Numbered from the stretch's first letter, positions 20,401-30,417 are shown. The stretch: DNA of 64,000 nucleotides from an uncultured virus (IMG/VR IMGVR_UViG_3300020578_000044) (IMGVR_UViG_3300020578_000044); one strand, 5' to 3'. Made by a program: numbers and translations. Notes: generated from the letters alone by a model not told the origin.

Positions 20401-22517
20401 ATTCTGCCACTTGATATACCAATCTGGGTAGATTCTGCGTTCAAAGCAAATCTATACACATCGGGCATTACTGGTAGTGGTATTCCCTTTTTAATCTTAA
20501 AAAATTCTTTTTGAGCAAAATCTATAATTCTATTCATAGCCCTGGGATGCTGATCTAGCGGAATGCCACTTCTATGGATTTCAAGTATCTCTTGCGCCAT
20601 ATTCCTATTCATTAGTTGAGAAAATTGCTGAGTGTCTAATATATCTTCAGATTGGAAATTTGCAGCGCTTAATAGGGATTGATAAAATTTTCCATTCTCA
20701 TCAATCCTATTTGCTTTTAACATCTCGTTAAATTCTTTTTGTAAAGCAAGAGAATACTCTCTACCCAATTGTTGCGATTGTGGCGAACCAAATACTGCTG
20801 CATGAAACGCATCAAGCATAGGATCGGCATAGACTGCACCTTTAGACTCTCCGGTACCAGAAATGTTTAGAATGTCTGTTAAACCAGATATTCTAGTTTC
20901 TCTTTTCGTTGTTGCCTTTGGTGCAATAATAGAATATTTTGTATATCTTCCAGTAAACTCAACACTCATTGCTGCGCCTTTTAGAGAGAATATTCTAGCG
21001 GGGCGCGCTTGATCTCCCGCATCAAAGACAACATTTCCACGAACAGTTATTTGAGACAAGCCCTTAGATTTATCTAATTGGCTCGAGGATCTCTGAATTT
21101 CTCTTTTTTTCAAAAGAATATCTTGTTTTTCTAATCTACTAGTAGCCTGTGCATACTGTTTATCTAATTCATCTATCTCAGATTGATACCCTTTTCGAAT
21201 AGCTTTAGTATAGGAATCATTTATCAACATAGAACCATCTGACCCCTTTTCCATCTCATCAAGTAAAACGTCAATAATGTTAAACTTTTTATCTATTTCA
21301 CTTAAAGCCTTTTCATCGCCAGCTGCACCTTTTTCTAACCTATCTTTCAATAAACCAAGCTTACTTTTCAAAACATCTGTACCATATTTGCCAACAGTAA
21401 TATCTACATCTCCACTGTCTATAGCGTCTTGCATAGCTATCTTTAGATAATTGCCAATATCAGAATATACTTCAGTTTTTATTGGCCCTGGCCCAGTCTG
21501 TCCACGAATTACCTCATCTAAAATTATTTTATAAAAATCCTTAGATCTATCTTGACCCCCAATCATCCAAGAATCTCTTATTCTTTGCGCTGCGTCTGCG
21601 GCTTTTTCTGCATTGTTCATTCCTGAAACATTTTTCAATGTATCAATATCTAGAGCTAACCCCAGTGCCTCAAAAACTGGATCAGTGTTAAGAATTGAAT
21701 CAGCGAATGATAACCCAGGCTTACCAACTTCATCCAATATTGATTCTAGAGCACCACCAGAAACAGAAACCTCTCTTGGAGACAAAACGCCACGCAATCT
21801 TTTATCCAACTTTTGAATTAAAGAAGCTACTTTTTTATTTCCCGACCTCAAAGCGTCCTCTAAAACATCTGGATCTATAGCAGATACATTTGCTGCCTGC
21901 ATCACTTCCAATGTTTGATCTAAACCTAGAACTTGTTTTTTGCCAGCAATTGTCGCAACCAAGTTCAAAGCAATTCCGCCATCATCCGTAGGTAAGAGTA
22001 AACCATAGCCTTTTTGCTTCTGTGCATCAAAAAAGGCTTTTAGCGCTTCAGTGCCCTGCTGAGTATCTAGTCCACCTTTATGAATAGCGATATTCATCTC
22101 TAAAGCTTCTATACCAAAAAGATTTTGCTGTATGGCGACTTTTTCCATATCCCTTAAAACCTGACCATATCCCCTATATACAACGGGGACATCATCTTTT
22201 GATAATCTGTAAACTTCAGTAATATGCAGCGAAGAAAAATATTCTATAGCGTCGTTAACAGAGTTAAATACTTTCCTGCCTTCATCTGGATCAAAATAAG
22301 ATGACCTATATTTTAAAATGTTATCTGCTGGATCGACAAACGGTTCTATTAACCTTTTTTGGCCAGTAGGTATTTTTCCTATTATTCTTCTAGCTGCTCT
22401 AACTTGTTTCTCTGGAGATAAAGGAGACAAGTACGCAGACAAATAGTCGCTAAAGGATTCATACTCAGGAATCTCTTGTCTTCGTTTTTCTAGAAAACTA
22501 GCTATTTTCCCCAACAT
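17442..22517 (-). CDS. Candidate single-subunit double-psi-beta-barrel RNA polymerase, probably virion-associated
   Basis: 1691 aa; GSDGSMLI (aa ~426), QITVRG (R~493), SLKG (K~513), LGGFDLDD (aa ~750-756), ARQP (~779); C-terminal hydrophobic helix. The ORF is certain; the function is inferred from motifs. Confidence 0.6.
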   Translation of the reverse strand: MLGKIASFLEKRRQEIPEYESFSDYLSAYLSPLSPEKQVRAARRIIGKIPTGQKRLIEPFVDPADNILKYRSSYFDPDEGRKVFNSVNDAIEYFSSLHITEVYRLSKDDVPVVYRGYGQVLRDMEKVAIQQNLFGIEALEMNIAIHKGGLDTQQGTEALKAFFDAQKQKGYGLLLPTDDGGIALNLVATIAGKKQVLGLDQTLEVMQAANVSAIDPDVLEDALRSGNKKVASLIQKLDKRLRGVLSPREVSVSGGALESILDEVGKPGLSFADSILNTDPVFEALGLALDIDTLKNVSGMNNAEKAADAAQRIRDSWMIGGQDRSKDFYKIILDEVIRGQTGPGPIKTEVYSDIGNYLKIAMQDAIDSGDVDITVGKYGTDVLKSKLGLLKDRLEKGAAGDEKALSEIDKKFNIIDVLLDEMEKGSDGSMLINDSYTKAIRKGYQSEIDELDKQYAQATSRLEKQDILLKKREIQRSSSQLDKSKGLSQITVRGNVVFDAGDQARPARIFSLKGAAMSVEFTGRYTKYSIIAPKATTKRETRISGLTDILNISGTGESKGAVYADPMLDAFHAAVFGSPQSQQLGREYSLALQKEFNEMLKANRIDENGKFYQSLLSAANFQSEDILDTQQFSQLMNRNMAQEILEIHRSGIPLDQHPRAMNRIIDFAQKEFFKIKKGIPLPVMPDVYRFALNAESTQIGISSGRMFLDMTDQNIMMDEGFSLSTTRVRFSNHNLLMSERDVIRFHHALGGFDLDDKGLPVLGTYMSNGKRRLAMAMARQPTGAGEMIGFVRFNDIESYQELFGHNADFMKTLDQMILDEKEKLAGSGSSPTLDRLNILQQNLSGKFTSEEMTRIDQSALLDELEETIIDVRDRLYGGKARTFDRAYFESLGVLKQGASTVDFFAGSRLVDFAGVDPGLTSLGFQKLKTEVMEMNLEDDIYRMYEHLMTDQQKTQLGAIRDQIQALKGPAYSGQFIPGSVYDDPVQLAALEQAQADIKKASKAFRETLDSFQLDKNKKAIAFNKFYLESMEKASTENANNLGKHVNRATVIADGLAQFEKAFGSDQAINDALRRYDNGKGLLVGFPSSETAVDMTQTFTSGRLKLKMEAEAAADTRYGMDIFRRMYGNNFDLETSGAEAVSQYGEMFGYLQHRGGQQFVLDKALIDFGKLNKDDLTAFAESYIKGAEARIAEGIQTDEDLSKLKNLFEGGDAPSKAKIITALTDIGVIGRGNLSKTIEIAQQAQDSFNAARKRFGDNMKELRDTLTAGMGKNATEAQLSAKAILDANQNIFDELMEANAAYRDAQKLFREGIEDGQFIDAARRQELSMGFEQARLRAEILKTELGDNLLRGIDEVRSQRPLTGFNLLNALQLEASDRGMSSYVFEQLTDLTEDSNEEFANLFARLNMAKRNKAAYTKATSNLQVKNIVDNFFSATSSTRELLLTDIIEGNTKQRALDLSQYGDVSGMFADLGIDMQQLSQAVGKGVEDTTDETIKTISNAIRSRALYERDILDPAIDDFLNGQISADKVVGRKDKPKGIVGNVLRDLEDQSPSNVNPSKFKRLDMDYLTEQFSKPSVQKTAIAAGLLIAGSFLYQNKKDKTTEDAAGPPLLPGGSAYEQGYPTSNVSVPQIGGQASASGMSYKVSLYGSRQDVERFQQAASGLTNGPINSTMYNRIPSVTSDPYQQLASSF

Positions 22518-22519
22518 TT

Positions 22520-25500
22520 TTATCTAACCCCTGCACTTATGTCAATTTGTTGACCACCAAATGGATTCATTACCGGAGTAACAGAACCGCTAACTCCCAT
22601 GCCATTCATTAAAGAGCGCAACCTATATGACACATCAGCATTGGAGTTCGAAGAGTAGTCAAACCGAGGATAACTCGGATTAGCCAAATTAGCTTCTCTT
22701 ATTTGTTGAGGATAGTAACCCATTTGAGACATTTCAAGACCCATGTGCTGACCTATTTTAATCTTAACAGAGTCCATATTTGTATTGGGATGCCAGCCCT
22801 CCCACCCCTCACCGGGAAGTTCGTGTCTACTAAAATAATCTGTTAACTCTGGACGCTTCTCAACAGGCATCCCCCATGCTGCTTCGTATATTCTTCTTTC
22901 TAATCTTCCAGCTGTAGAAAGTATCCTTTCCCTATCTTCTTCTGGAGCATTAATCATTGCCTTAAAATGCTCTCTCTTCCTTTTTGGAATCGCTAAAGAT
23001 AAAGATTCTACATCACTTCCATATTTACCTGTACCAATAGCTTCTATTGGTGCTCCATACATTGTTCTTTTTGCTGCTGATCTAAACTGAAAAGCTGCTG
23101 CTGCGTCTCCGGAAGATTCTGCCATGTTAGCTAACCTTGTATTTTTTACATAACTTAGAATATCAGCATACTCTTCAAGGGCTAATTCCTTTTTTCTTTC
23201 TATTGGTATAAATCTATCTCCAGTTATTGCCTCTTGAAGATTTGCCCCAGTAGAAGCTACTAAACCAGTCGCGGCACCTAGGCCAGACATGACTAATTTT
23301 CCAGGCTGCGTTCTACCTGCAAAGAGTCCGAAAGCAGCTAAGCTTGCAGAAGCAGCTAATGGATTTCTATCTGCAGCTTTGTTAAGCATTGGTTCTATAA
23401 AGCTTTCAAATGGCCTTTGCCATTCGGGGAATGTAGCCCCATAAACATTATTTCTTTCCCAATCTTCTACTGCTGTCTGTTTATTAATAAATTTTCTATT
23501 GATAAAAGTATCTCTGTGAGCAATGTATTCTGCAGCTCTGGATAGATTGTGGACTAATGGATTAGTTCCAGCTTCTTGAGCGGTTTTGCCCACATGACTG
23601 TATTCAGAAAAGCTTTCCTTCTGCTGTATAGATGCCACTCTCTCTCTAATGCTGTCTGCTTGCAGTCTTTCTGATGGATCATCTAAATAGCTGTTAATTT
23701 TTTTATCTAAATATCTATACTGCTTAGAATATGGAGCGACATCACCAAGTATTTTAAACTGATCCAATAAACCATATCTTCCAGTTTCGTCTGAATGTAA
23801 CTGGTTTAATCTTTCATAAGCGACTCCGGGTAAACGCAATTCGCCTTCTTGAACTTTTGTAAAAGGATCTCCCCTAGTAAAATCTAAATAATATTCTGGT
23901 CCTGGCAAAAATGGATACTGTTTGCCCATGGTGTTTTGTATTGGATTAAGGTAATCCACACCAGTTCTTTCTTTTGGTATAAATCTTCTAGTTATTTCGG
24001 AAAATTCTATCGAACCAAAATTTCTTCCACCCAACATTGGAACGTCGCCAAGTCCACCAAGATTATAATCCCAGAACTGCCTACTCATACCGTATGCTTT
24101 AGAGGCAGACTGTAGAACAGCTCTTTGTGGTTCAAAGTCTCCTTGACCATATCCAAAAGATTCTCTGAATGTTGCGCTAGCAAAACCATAGATACCTAAG
24201 GCCTCTTGGGTTCTGTACCCAAATTCTTGAAGCTGCACCTGTGGATCGCTAACTGAAATTGGCGAACCTGCACCAACAATTCTTGGCGGCATCATCCCAG
24301 GAGTTTTTGGTGGACCATATGCCATCTGAGTATACTGATTATTTATTTGACCTATATTTTGCATAGTCGAATATTTAGCAGTATTTAAAGCTCCTGCCCT
24401 GCCTGCCAACTGAGCATTTATTGATGCCTGCATTCCTGGTCCGGGCCCACCAGAAGAAACACCCATTGACATCATAGGCATTCCCCCCTGCGCTGATCCG
24501 CCAATAAAAGCTTGACCAGATTGCTGCTGCGCAGCTTGCCCTGGCAGCATTGGCATGGCTGCTTGCTGCAAATAAGCGCTTGCATCATATGCTCCAGACT
24601 GCCCTGCTGGAGCATAGTTTGATAAGGCTTGGGAAACTTCTTGTTCGTGCATTTTTACTTGAGGCTTTAATACTCTACCCAAAGTGGCATTTAGAGCAGG
24701 AGTTAGCGGACCAAAAGGACCAGAAAAATACTCTCCACTCACAGGATAAGGTCTGTCCTCATAATGTTTTCTTTCAAAACGATATGGATCCAATGGACGC
24801 AGTGGAGATACATCTGTATAAAATAACGCTCTTTCAATAGGTGAACCATACGTGTCAGAAGTAAACATCGACCCTGTTTCAATCTTACGATAAATGCTAG
24901 GCCTATAATACATTATCTTTCCGCCCATAAAAGGCGTATTACCTAATGGCCAAAAACGACCTTGTCTTATGGGTACTTCGCCCTCAAAAAGCTGTTCTCT
25001 TTTTTCTTCATAGCTCATTCCGCCAGGCATAATTCCCGCACCTAATGCATGAACTTCGCCTACAGCTTTTGCGGCAGCGCCAACAAAGAATGGAGAATAA
25101 ACCCTTTCTCCTCTTGCATCTTTTTCGTTTACCATTCCACCAATTGTTCTATCAGCAGTCATAAACGCTAATCCACCGGCATATAGTGGTAATACTCTTT
25201 TGCCTATCATACCTCGCGCAAAAAGATCCAATGGAGAGCCATACTGATTTACGTCTAGTTGCAAACCAACTGTGCCAAAATATTTATTTAATCTTTCCAC
25301 ACCATGAGAAACTGCGGCAGAGAGATTAGAATAATTTTCCGGACTACTATAAGTATTTATCCCTGCAACACTCTTTAATGCGCCTACAGGATTTCTAGAA
25401 AATACGCTACCAAAAGTAGGAACCAATAAAACGTCTGCTCCAGGCCCAGTAGCAGAACCCAGTGGGTCTGTAGCTAAATGAGATATCTTAAACGATGCGG

Positions 25501-28500
25501 TGCTTAGTGAGGGATATAATAATTTTTTAGCTAAACCCAGCTTACCTATTTCTCCAACTCTTTCAATTGAACCTGTTGCAAATGGCTGAATTAGTTCAGG
25601 GGCAGCTTCTAATGATTCTATTGTATTTGCAAGTGCTCTTCTTTGAACCTGAATTTCTTTTAGAAAGGATCTGTTAGCTCTTACTGAGTTTAGATTGGTT
25701 AGAGCTCCAAATGCTGCGGCTTGTGCTTCGGCCAATTCGCCAGCTGGCATTTCTTTAGCCATCTGTGCTAAAGCTTGGTTTATTTTAATAAAATTTTGAC
25801 CAAATGTTTGACTCGTACTATTTGCAATTAATTCATTTCTTTGAATTAAAAACTTAAATAATTCGTTTGTTAACTCATCTTCTCTTGTAATAATTGTTGG
25901 GCTAACCGAACGAATTTGTGAACCAGATAAAAGATCTGATTCTTCTAATACTTTCCTAATTCTAGATTCACTTTGGTACAACGTTGCGGGATCAATGCCC
26001 TGTCTTCTTAAAACATTTGCATCTCTTTCGATATTTCTAAGTAAGACATTAGCGAAGTCTATTTTGTCTTGCACATTCTGAAGATCAGTTATTCTCCTAC
26101 CATTAAATGTAGCTAAGGCCGGATCTGCTACTTCAATTTTTTGCATTGCACGTCGAGAAAAACCGGCTTTAAATGTTCTTCTTCTAAAACCTTCAAAAGC
26201 TTCTAGCAAAGCTTTTTCTGAAACCATTTCTTGACCAGTTTCGGCATTGATTACATTTACCTTTTGAACATTGCCATCTACATCTTTAATGATGTTCCTT
26301 CTTAAGGTGCCGGCTTTTGTGATGATATCTTTTCCGGCTATTACTTCTGCAAAAAATCTAGGATTTTCTGGATCGATATTTCTTCTAGAAAATCTAGACA
26401 TGAAACCAAATATTGAGTTTGGCTGGTCATAGTTTATATCAAAAGCTTGTCTAAATCTCAATTCTTTTTCTGGCGTTACACCAAATCTAGATAGAGCAGA
26501 AAAGAATTTACTTCTAAATGTATTTTCCTGATAGTTTAAAGAGTTAAGTGACTCAGCATCTCTTTCGGCAGCAGCGTTTCTGGCTGCACGAGTTAAAAGC
26601 TGCGAACTGTTTTTCTTTAAAGGTCTAAAAGTTCCATCTAATGTTCTAGAAGTGTATTGTTGAGCCATGACGTTGTAATTAAACGCCATAACATTGCCTT
26701 TGGTTTTTCCACCACTAAAAAATAAATAGAAGTCAGCAGATTTATCTGCTTCCTGCAAAAACGGCTGAGAAATTTTACCTTGGATAAATTGGAATGGTGC
26801 TCGTCCAGACATTTCATTAAACGACTGCTTAGCGGCTAAATCTGCTGGATTAAAACCAAGAACTGGTATTCTTAAATCATTAGCTAAAAAGTTTCCAACA
26901 TTTCTTACAGACTGTTTTATTCCAGAAACATCTAAAATATTACCTGTTTTAGTGATAAAGATATCAGGAAGAACAGAAACACTCGAAGCTGTTTTTGTTG
27001 GATCAGCCCTAACCATACTGGATGATAATTGATTAATAAAACTTTGAGTTTCCTCATCTAGATTTGCGAACACTCCACGTTGAGTTGCCTCGTCAACAGT
27101 TATTTGCCTTAAACCTAAAAGATTAAAACCGCTAGCAAAAACACCAGAGCTTATTTGCTTTTCTCTAACAAGAAAACTTCTTAGCTGACCAAGGTTTTTT
27201 ACATCAAGACCAACCTTACCTAAAGACTCCCCTAACTCACCCCTAGTTAAGTCTGTGCCATCAGCTGATTTTAGTTTCATTCCTAATCTTTGAGCAGATC
27301 TTTTAATTAGAAAATCTTTTTGTGCGTAAGATAAGTTATCCAAATCAAGAAAATCTTCAAAATCTGCTTTCTTAGTTTTTAAAACTTTTCCAGCTACCTT
27401 AAACATTCCTTGTTCCTGGAATGCCTTATACCCCTTTGTGGCTTTAGCTTTTATGGCGGCCTGAAACTCTGCTCCTGCGAAGAGTCTGTTTGCATCAATG
27501 ATTGATTGCTGTAGAACATCAGAATTGCCAACTTTTTGAACAAATTCATCTGCTCTATTTTTTGATAAAGTTCCTTTAAATCTATTTATTATTTCGTCAA
27601 ATGGCTCATCGCCATCAAGGAGTATTTTAGTTTCGCCTATAGTTATTCTTCTTGATGGCTCCATAGCGGTTTTATTGATATCTATATCGTCAATAAACTT
27701 TGCTATAGTTTTTGCAAAATCATCTCTATCTGACGTTGCAGTTTTTTCCATCAAAGATCTATATAAGACCTTCTTATACTCGGTTTGCTCTATTCCCTTA
27801 TAGAACTCTGACGAATAAAAACTCTCAGAACCCATTGGTCCACCAAATGTTCTAGCCATTTTGCTAGCCATAGTGGCCATTCTATTGGAAGAGTTAGCTT
27901 GAAGATTTTCTATAATTCCTTTTAGCTGCCTTCTGTAGGCGTCAGGATTTGCAGCGCCATATTTTTGAACAGCAGCATCAAAGTCAATGGCTCTAGTTAC
28001 GACATCGTAACCTTGACCTACTTTACGGAATTGATTTATACCCTGTCTAACGGCACTGCCAACGCCTCTAAGTCCAGGAAATAAATCTATATATCCAGAA
28101 TTTCCATTAACGTCATTACCAAATGCGTATTGGGTCGCTACATTTCTTGCCCTTTTAAGCTTAGACCCCTTGGAATCTTCATAGATTTGCTTTGCTCTAA
28201 GATTTCTTGTTCTTGAAAGAATCGTATTAATATCAACTCTTTGTTGATTATATTCTGTAGTAGCAGCTTTTATCGCTCCACTGGTTTGAGCAGAAACTTT
28301 TATAGCTTTTTGAGTTATATTTGCTAAATCATGACCAACTTCAGACATAATATCTGCCAAATTAACAAACATTCTTGAAGAAGTTGTTTTCAGATCTGTC
28401 GTGCCAGTCGACCTTGCCAAGTCTGACATTGAATATCTAAAATTAGACAGTGAAGATCTAGCATTCCCGATGGCAGCGCCACCGACTTCGAACGGAATCA

Positions 28501-29215
28501 TCATTGAGACTAGGTTAATTGTGGAATCTTTAACAAAATCTGTAACTACGTCAACAGGATTATACCATTTAACCTTAGAATCGTCTCTACCGCCAAAAAT
28601 TGGATCAACTATAGCTTTCTGACCAACATACATCGCCGGCAGTTCGTAGGGCATTCTACGGGCCATAGAGACTAAGCGAGACTGAGATTCCTCTCGGAAA
28701 CCCCATACTCCAGCTGTCTCATACTCTATCCCTTTTCCACTTCTTCTAATTTCTCCAGCAGTCCAGTGATAACCTCTGTCTGTGTGCTTGATCACGCCGG
28801 TAGTAAGCTTGCCTTCTGCTGTCTCAAAGACAAGTCGGGAATACGGATCTAGTTGATCGGGAGTATTCCCATCAATCATTCGGCTAACACCAGAAAGCTC
28901 GTCTAACTCTTTTCTGATTTTAGGAAATACATTAACAATATTAGAAGAAAATCTGCTAGCACCACTGTCAGCTCTATCCTGAACAGTCTTGGCCAGCCTT
29001 AGTCCACCCTCTTTTGTTAGCTTTGACAAAACAAAAGCCGAAGCCATTGTTGTTGCTGCAGTAGATATAAATCTTAGAACAGGGTGATCATTTAAAGCTT
29101 TTGTAATAAAAGACGAATTAGGGGCATCTCCCCTTTCTTCATCAACCATAGTTGGGACGTCTCTAGACGTCACGCTGTAGCCTAGATTATGAATAGGTCC
29201 CGGATCTCTAATCAA
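22520..29215 (-). CDS. Tape-measure-like large tail protein
   Basis: 2231 aa, largely helical/Gly-Ala composition with hydrophobic segments; immediately downstream of the tail chaperones. Confidence 0.6.
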   Translation of the reverse strand: MIRDPGPIHNLGYSVTSRDVPTMVDEERGDAPNSSFITKALNDHPVLRFISTAATTMASAFVLSKLTKEGGLRLAKTVQDRADSGASRFSSNIVNVFPKIRKELDELSGVSRMIDGNTPDQLDPYSRLVFETAEGKLTTGVIKHTDRGYHWTAGEIRRSGKGIEYETAGVWGFREESQSRLVSMARRMPYELPAMYVGQKAIVDPIFGGRDDSKVKWYNPVDVVTDFVKDSTINLVSMMIPFEVGGAAIGNARSSLSNFRYSMSDLARSTGTTDLKTTSSRMFVNLADIMSEVGHDLANITQKAIKVSAQTSGAIKAATTEYNQQRVDINTILSRTRNLRAKQIYEDSKGSKLKRARNVATQYAFGNDVNGNSGYIDLFPGLRGVGSAVRQGINQFRKVGQGYDVVTRAIDFDAAVQKYGAANPDAYRRQLKGIIENLQANSSNRMATMASKMARTFGGPMGSESFYSSEFYKGIEQTEYKKVLYRSLMEKTATSDRDDFAKTIAKFIDDIDINKTAMEPSRRITIGETKILLDGDEPFDEIINRFKGTLSKNRADEFVQKVGNSDVLQQSIIDANRLFAGAEFQAAIKAKATKGYKAFQEQGMFKVAGKVLKTKKADFEDFLDLDNLSYAQKDFLIKRSAQRLGMKLKSADGTDLTRGELGESLGKVGLDVKNLGQLRSFLVREKQISSGVFASGFNLLGLRQITVDEATQRGVFANLDEETQSFINQLSSSMVRADPTKTASSVSVLPDIFITKTGNILDVSGIKQSVRNVGNFLANDLRIPVLGFNPADLAAKQSFNEMSGRAPFQFIQGKISQPFLQEADKSADFYLFFSGGKTKGNVMAFNYNVMAQQYTSRTLDGTFRPLKKNSSQLLTRAARNAAAERDAESLNSLNYQENTFRSKFFSALSRFGVTPEKELRFRQAFDINYDQPNSIFGFMSRFSRRNIDPENPRFFAEVIAGKDIITKAGTLRRNIIKDVDGNVQKVNVINAETGQEMVSEKALLEAFEGFRRRTFKAGFSRRAMQKIEVADPALATFNGRRITDLQNVQDKIDFANVLLRNIERDANVLRRQGIDPATLYQSESRIRKVLEESDLLSGSQIRSVSPTIITREDELTNELFKFLIQRNELIANSTSQTFGQNFIKINQALAQMAKEMPAGELAEAQAAAFGALTNLNSVRANRSFLKEIQVQRRALANTIESLEAAPELIQPFATGSIERVGEIGKLGLAKKLLYPSLSTASFKISHLATDPLGSATGPGADVLLVPTFGSVFSRNPVGALKSVAGINTYSSPENYSNLSAAVSHGVERLNKYFGTVGLQLDVNQYGSPLDLFARGMIGKRVLPLYAGGLAFMTADRTIGGMVNEKDARGERVYSPFFVGAAAKAVGEVHALGAGIMPGGMSYEEKREQLFEGEVPIRQGRFWPLGNTPFMGGKIMYYRPSIYRKIETGSMFTSDTYGSPIERALFYTDVSPLRPLDPYRFERKHYEDRPYPVSGEYFSGPFGPLTPALNATLGRVLKPQVKMHEQEVSQALSNYAPAGQSGAYDASAYLQQAAMPMLPGQAAQQQSGQAFIGGSAQGGMPMMSMGVSSGGPGPGMQASINAQLAGRAGALNTAKYSTMQNIGQINNQYTQMAYGPPKTPGMMPPRIVGAGSPISVSDPQVQLQEFGYRTQEALGIYGFASATFRESFGYGQGDFEPQRAVLQSASKAYGMSRQFWDYNLGGLGDVPMLGGRNFGSIEFSEITRRFIPKERTGVDYLNPIQNTMGKQYPFLPGPEYYLDFTRGDPFTKVQEGELRLPGVAYERLNQLHSDETGRYGLLDQFKILGDVAPYSKQYRYLDKKINSYLDDPSERLQADSIRERVASIQQKESFSEYSHVGKTAQEAGTNPLVHNLSRAAEYIAHRDTFINRKFINKQTAVEDWERNNVYGATFPEWQRPFESFIEPMLNKAADRNPLAASASLAAFGLFAGRTQPGKLVMSGLGAATGLVASTGANLQEAITGDRFIPIERKKELALEEYADILSYVKNTRLANMAESSGDAAAAFQFRSAAKRTMYGAPIEAIGTGKYGSDVESLSLAIPKRKREHFKAMINAPEEDRERILSTAGRLERRIYEAAWGMPVEKRPELTDYFSRHELPGEGWEGWHPNTNMDSVKIKIGQHMGLEMSQMGYYPQQIREANLANPSYPRFDYSSNSNADVSYRLRSLMNGMGVSGSVTPVMNPFGGQQIDISAGVR

Positions 29216-29228
29216 TTTCTTTCCCTAC

Positions 29229-29858
29229 TTATCTTATACCCCACAGCTTTTGGGCAATAGGATCTTCATATACAGCCTCGCCATCTTTCTTGGAAAGATT
29301 ATGTCTAGCTGCAGAAATCTTCTGTTTTTGCTCTTCTTCTTCGGGATCTATCAACTGAATCTTTAAGTCAGTAGATTCCATACCATTAGCATTTTGTTTT
29401 ATTTCAATTATCTTTTCAGATAAAGCTACTTTTTCTGCTAATTCAGAGAAAGTCATATTCTCCAAATCTTCTGGAGTATATGATGTTATAGTAGCTAAAA
29501 CAAATGCTTTCATTAAATTTTTAACTTCAGTTGCTTCAAACCTTTTTTCATCAAGAATTCTCTTAGCAATTGAAGCACTGAAGAAGCCAGATATATCTAA
29601 TATTTCGGAAGACAAGTTGGCAACAATACCCGGGGGTATCGTCATCGTATCGAAACCCTCCGGGTATATTACGGCAAATTCGAGAATAATATCTTCGATG
29701 TCAGAAGAGTCAACATCTTCTAGGGTTTTTAGATAAAGAATTTTATCGTATTCTTTGAAGGTTAATTCTCTGAAAACAACAGTTTCATTTTTTATATTAA
29801 CACTATAAATGTTGCCGTATTTATTTTTCAAAGAAAAAATAAAATCAGCTGTTAACAT
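29229..29858 (-). CDS. Tail assembly chaperone (paralog 2)
   Basis: 209 aa; KNKYGNIY, VVFRELTFKEY, GIVANLSSEILDISGF; lies between tube genes and TMP. Confidence 0.7.
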   Translation of the reverse strand: MLTADFIFSLKNKYGNIYSVNIKNETVVFRELTFKEYDKILYLKTLEDVDSSDIEDIILEFAVIYPEGFDTMTIPPGIVANLSSEILDISGFFSASIAKRILDEKRFEATEVKNLMKAFVLATITSYTPEDLENMTFSELAEKVALSEKIIEIKQNANGMESTDLKIQLIDPEEEEQKQKISAARHNLSKKDGEAVYEDPIAQKLWGIR

Positions 29859-29859
29859 T

Positions 29860-30417
29860 TTATAACTGTCTTACCTCTAGCGCTACGAATCCAGAAGCCT
29901 CTAATACCTCCTGGGATATTAGTGATGGCAAGCCAGCCATAAACCCTACTGCATTGGTCTTATCAAATCTAGGGTAGAGCATACACAGTTCAGCTATAGT
30001 TTCTTCGTTCCAAAGATTAGCCTCAGCTGTAGATAACTGACCAGACTGAACCAATTGCTCCATCTTCTTAACAATTTGCTTGTATTCAGCTCTATTAAGA
30101 ACACGCCACACAACATGCTTATCATATGTGATTGAGGTGACATAAATGTCGCCGTACTGCTTTTTCCACTCTTTGACAATACCGGCTTTAGGACCGTCTT
30201 TCCAGATTTCTTCTTCGTCTGGGACCTGTTCTATGTCGGTATACTGCTTTTGTTCCTCTTCAGCGATATCTGCCAAAAACTGCTCATCATCTTCCAATTC
30301 AACATCCATAGAATTTATATCATCAGATCCTGAAAGGGTAAAATTAATTTCCTGAGAAGTATTTGTATCTTCTATTTCTAGATTCTGTAAAACAACTTTT
30401 CTTTTATTTTCCATCAT
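29860..30417 (-). CDS. Tail assembly chaperone (paralog 1)
   Basis: 185 aa; WKKQYGDIY, VVWRVLNRAEY, GLPSLISQEVLEASGF; acidic N-terminus. Confidence 0.7.
   Translation of the reverse strand: MMENKRKVVLQNLEIEDTNTSQEINFTLSGSDDINSMDVELEDDEQFLADIAEEEQKQYTDIEQVPDEEEIWKDGPKAGIVKEWKKQYGDIYVTSITYDKHVVWRVLNRAEYKQIVKKMEQLVQSGQLSTAEANLWNEETIAELCMLYPRFDKTNAVGFMAGLPSLISQEVLEASGFVALEVRQL

Noticed and set aside
29840..29880. Programmed -1 frameshift between tail chaperones
   Set aside because: No clear XXXYYYZ slippery site before the stop; the second ORF has its own ATG and is a full paralog
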